Source of the DNA: Paramecium tetraurelia
Lineage: Eukaryota
Length of the DNA stretch: 64,000 nucleotides
Direction of reading: 5' to 3'
Assembly: GCA_000165425.1 (NCBI GenBank)
Contig: CT868507.1
Location: 310,001 to 374,000 of the forward strand
The notes under the pieces are model-generated. The model was not told where the DNA came from. It did no database searches and saw nothing but the letters and a program-made list of their open reading frames with translations. Made by a program: the position numbers and the translations under genes. How positions within the stretch are numbered: position 1 is the first letter of the stretch; each line of letters begins with the position of its first letter. This document shows, one piece after another, positions 60,301-64,000 of the stretch.

Positions 60301-63300
60301 ATAATCAACAACTTGTCTCAGCAATTGGATTGGCTGTTAGGTACCATACTTATCGACATATGGCATATTCATATCATCGATGAAGCAAATCAAAGCCTTT
60401 CCTGTAGCACTACCGAAAGTTCTACCAGACTTCTTTTCAACCATGGATTCGATGTTCTTCTACAAGGCTAAGGAATCAGTAAATGAGGAGAAGTTGATGG
60501 TCTTGTAAGACACTTGATCTGTTTTGGTTTGACTCAAATAATCCTTGATGACAGCAGATTTACCAGTACCTGCAGATCCTACAAATAAGACACACTTCTT
60601 TCTCTTGAGATGGTAGTCCAACAGAATTCTCAATCTGGTTGTATGGAGTGTAGCCACGTAGATTTTAGAGAAGATGGCTTCGTCAGTGGCAATATAAGGC
60701 ACCACTCTAGCCTACCAATGAGTCCATTTCTATTCAGCAAAATCGAAGTAGTAATCGAAACACATTCCTTATTCTGGCATTCTGACTTTGGCTGCAGCTT
60801 TCCACACTGAGTTGAAATCTTTCATGTCCTTTTCATCATCTTGTCCTCCTCCGAAACAACCACCAATAGCCCACATTCCTGCATAAATGAAATAGGCTTC
60901 ATAGATCATTTTTTGATCGTCTTCTTTCATTGCTGAGATCTTTGTGTAATCTGTCTCCAAGAGCAGAGCATCCAAGATCATACAGATGGTCATCACTTAA
61001 GCGATGTCGACTTGTGGAACAATGAGTCTGACCTTGCTCTTGTCTCTAATGTCTGGATTGGTTTCGAAGTACTATTGGAAACATCTGTAGAACACTGACT
61101 TGGCAATGTCGTCGATGGGAGGTGATTAAGGCACTTGTCCCATCAATCCTTCTCTTTTCACTACACACTTCTCGAATGACCTTTCCAACCAACTGTTCAT
61201 GTATGGCATCCAACCAATATCTGTCTCATTGATAAACAACACACCTCCTCTTGACACTGTGGCAGGTGTTGCATTCTTAAGGTTGGAAATTTCGAACAAC
61301 AATCTCATTGAAGGAGTCAAAGGAATACGATCATTGGACACAAGGGTTAGCACTTTGTTGTCGTCCATGACTGTGTTCAAGGATTCAATCCATTCAGGAT
61401 CAATATCACCATCCAAAATTGACCATTTGTGCAAGTGACTCTACTTGTATTTCTCCTCACATTTGTTTTGGTTCTTCATGATCATACTCAACACACCATT
61501 CTTCCATTCCTTTGTCTTTGTGTAACATCCAAACAATTCATCTGATGTGACAGCCTTGGGATTCAATGTATCCAATTCGAAATCCTCTCCTCTATTGTAA
61601 TGAGTCTTTGCCAATGTCTTCCATACACTTGTCTTACCACAACCTGGTGGACCTATCACAAACACACAATGTCTCACTTCCAATATTTCAGCCAATTATA
61701 CTACCTTCAACACAAACATCTCTTCAGCCACCAATCCCATATCTTACTTGGTTGTCTCAACTACAATTCTCTTCAATTCAGGATTTGTCTTACTCTCACA
61801 TTCAATTCTTGGGAACAAATCTCCTATCAAACCCAAAAAGATTGGCTTGTCATCTGTGACAATCTTTGGCATATTGAAATCTCTCAGAGCTCTCATCAAC
61901 AATGGATCCTCTGCAATCTATGGATCAGCTCTCTTCAATTTACCAGCCTGTCTCAACACTGACTTTACTGCTCTCAGACCCCAATCGTAATGTCTAGCCT
62001 TTGATAACAATTCTCTTGATAACATGTACAATGACACGAACTTTCTACTCAAAGCTCTTGCTTATTGGAAACCCTCAGACATAAGCATATTCTCACAAAT
62101 CAATACCAAATCTGGCACAACCATAGCACATGATCTGAACAACGCTTTCAAATTCTCAGGCAATTCAGTTCTACCTGCATATCCTGGATTCATAGTAATG
62201 AAGAATCCGACTGTGTCCTAAATTGAGATTTCTCCTTCTTCCATAAAGATCAACTTGGGCTTCTTTTCCTTCAATGCATCCAAAATTGTCTTCACTTGAG
62301 TACTGATGACAGACAACACTTCTATGGCTATTCTATTGAACTCATCGAAACATCCCCAAGCTCCTGATTGAGACAAACCCATAAAGATCTAAGCCATTGA
62401 GTCCTTACCCATCTGATCTGAACAATTAAACACCATGACTGGTAATCCTACTGCTCTACCTAAATCCTTTGTTGTTTCAGTTTTACCAGTACCAGCTGGA
62501 CCTGCTGGTGCACCACCCATTGTAAGATTCAATGCTTATGTCAATGTGATGTAACATCTATCTGTCAAGGGAGTAATGACCAATCTCAAGGCATTACCAA
62601 CGTATTCATATGAATAGAATCTGAACCAATCGACAATTCTAATAATACACTTTGATTTATCTCTCTCCTTCTCCCATTTGAATCTCAATGCCTATCTTAA
62701 ATGCATATCATTGTCCTTGTTGTCCCAATAGAATTTCAATTGTGACAACCAAGCAAAGGACTCCAACTCTTAAGTTTTCTAAATGCAGAACTTCTCAACC
62801 ACATCTCTTGAATGCACATCAATTGTAATAATGTTGATGATCTTCATACGCTCCAAGATTTCCAAATTACCTCTGACCTTCTTGATCAAATTATCAATAC
62901 GAACTTCAATCAATTTCAAACATTCTTTCATTGCTGTCTCAGCACCACCAGCCAAATCTTCAAAGGCTCTAGTCACATCTTCAGTCCATACAATTTATGT
63001 TGTCAACAATGCAATCTAAGCACAATAGTTCTTAACCCAATCCTCTCTTGGATTGTCACCACTTTCCCAATTCTCTGATGTCTCCTTTGCCTTCTCCAAT
63101 ATTTCCTCCAATGTCTCTCTCATCTTGTATTCCAAAGCTGACAACCAATGTTCAACTGCTCCTACACATTCGAAATTCGATGAAAATGGCACCTTCTCAT
63201 CGTCCTTAGAAATCATACTGTGAGTACTTCTTGGAACATCATTTGGATTCTTGGATGGTTCAAAACTGAGAGTCTTCATACCATCGAAACAATCACCCAA

Positions 63301-64000
63301 GAATTCGCAAACCTTGGGAGGATTCTAACCATTTGACAAGATGGTTAATAAGGATTGATTGGACAAGAAATAGAATCTTGGGAATGCCTTCTTCTTCTAT
63401 TCCAAATAATCATTCAAAGCCTTTTCACACTTCTTAATGTTTAAACTCATTGCAACCAATTGATCCTTTCTTTCATTAATGCATGCCTCAATCACCAAGG
63501 GATTGGCTGCCACTTCAGTCATGAGTTCTCTGAATTCTTTGTCAACAGCTTCAAACACTTTAGTGTCTTCTGGCAATTGCATTCTAATATCCTCAGATCC
63601 AATGAAGATATTCACCAAAGTCTTCCAATTCTTCTAAACCTTCAACCATTCACCAACCACGGAGTCAACTCTGCCCAACTTCTCTCTCCAATCTTCCACT
63701 GTGTTGTAAAAGAACTCAACATATTTACCCTATCCTTTCATACCCATCAAATCAAGAGAGTGTTAATCCAACATTTCCATCATGTTGTCCAAGGGCAAAA
63801 AGACCTTAGTCTCCTTGTAATCTTCAAATTCGAAGATCTATTTCAACCAAGCTGTCTCAATCATCTTCAACTTCTTTTCAATCTTTGCTTCCTTCGAGGC
63901 CACTTCCACAACCTCATTGATTTGAGCATCAAATTTATACAATTGCAAAGCAAGAATGTCATCAAACAAGAATGTCATTGCCTTGTGTTCAAATTTGCTC
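54374..64000 (-). CDS. Axonemal outer-arm dynein heavy chain, beta-type (partial; 5' end outside window; one +1 frameshift)
   Basis: P1 GPAGTGKT with CFDEFNR, P2 GPPGCGKT, P3 GSAGTGKS, P4 GVGGSGKQ, stalk/MTBD and a [11 protein letters not shown]-terminus. The dynein-matching ORF fragments from 63618 to 56085 share one frame. Confidence 0.97.
54673..54700 (-). other. 28-nt spliceosomal intron in the dynein gene
   Basis: GTATAT..CTCTAG; removal joins FVLEG to ARWD and explains the frame change between the 55253 and 54622 ORF fragments. Confidence 0.85.

Noticed and set aside
55149..63078. Many plus-strand ORFs opposite the dynein gene
   Set aside because: Antisense shadows caused by codon bias; no recognisable protein features.
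54374..64000. Higher-GC, intron-poor block suggesting HGT or an insertion
   Set aside because: It is a dynein heavy chain that still uses TAA/TAG as Gln. The C-ending codon bias is consistent with a highly expressed native gene.

Overview
AT-rich, gene-dense eukaryotic DNA from a ciliate macronuclear chromosome, most likely Paramecium. TAA/TAG are read as Gln (translation table 6), TGA is the only stop, introns are tiny (about 22-31 nt, GT..AG) and several intergenic gaps are under 30 nt. The supplied ORF track used the standard code and therefore fragments almost every gene; I re-translated by eye with table 6. I find about 30 protein genes and one tRNA-Leu(UAG), in order: CTL/SLC44 choline transporter, coiled-coil protein, CDC7-like kinase, an MT-A70 (DPPW) adenine methyltransferase with four C-terminal ZZ fingers (AMT2/AMT5-type 6mA writer), MORN protein, CstF-64-like RRM protein, BTB protein, tRNA-Leu, PITAIRE CDK, Cys-rich surface protein, M20 peptidase, small acylated protein, cystatin, carboxypeptidase Q, ceramide synthase, MBOAT, a motif-bearing unknown protein, Spinster-like MFS, NEK kinase, SLC22-like MFS, a 12-repeat LRxxHFxLG protein (candidate microtubule inner protein), two low-complexity proteins, MCM6, a hypothetical gene, NAP1, SCOT, another hypothetical gene, class I-like PI3K, AGC kinase, WD40-like ORF, TLDc/mEAK-7-like protein, TPR-CaaX protein, and the 3' ~9.6 kb of an outer-arm beta-type dynein heavy chain. 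No mobile element, CRISPR array, telomere or rRNA is seen. The best leads are the ZZ-finger 6mA methyltransferase, the repeat protein, and five +1 single-base duplications that break MCM6, SCOT and dynein (probably assembly errors). I cannot demonstrate a clearly novel system from sequence alone. Gene boundaries were read manually and may be slightly off.
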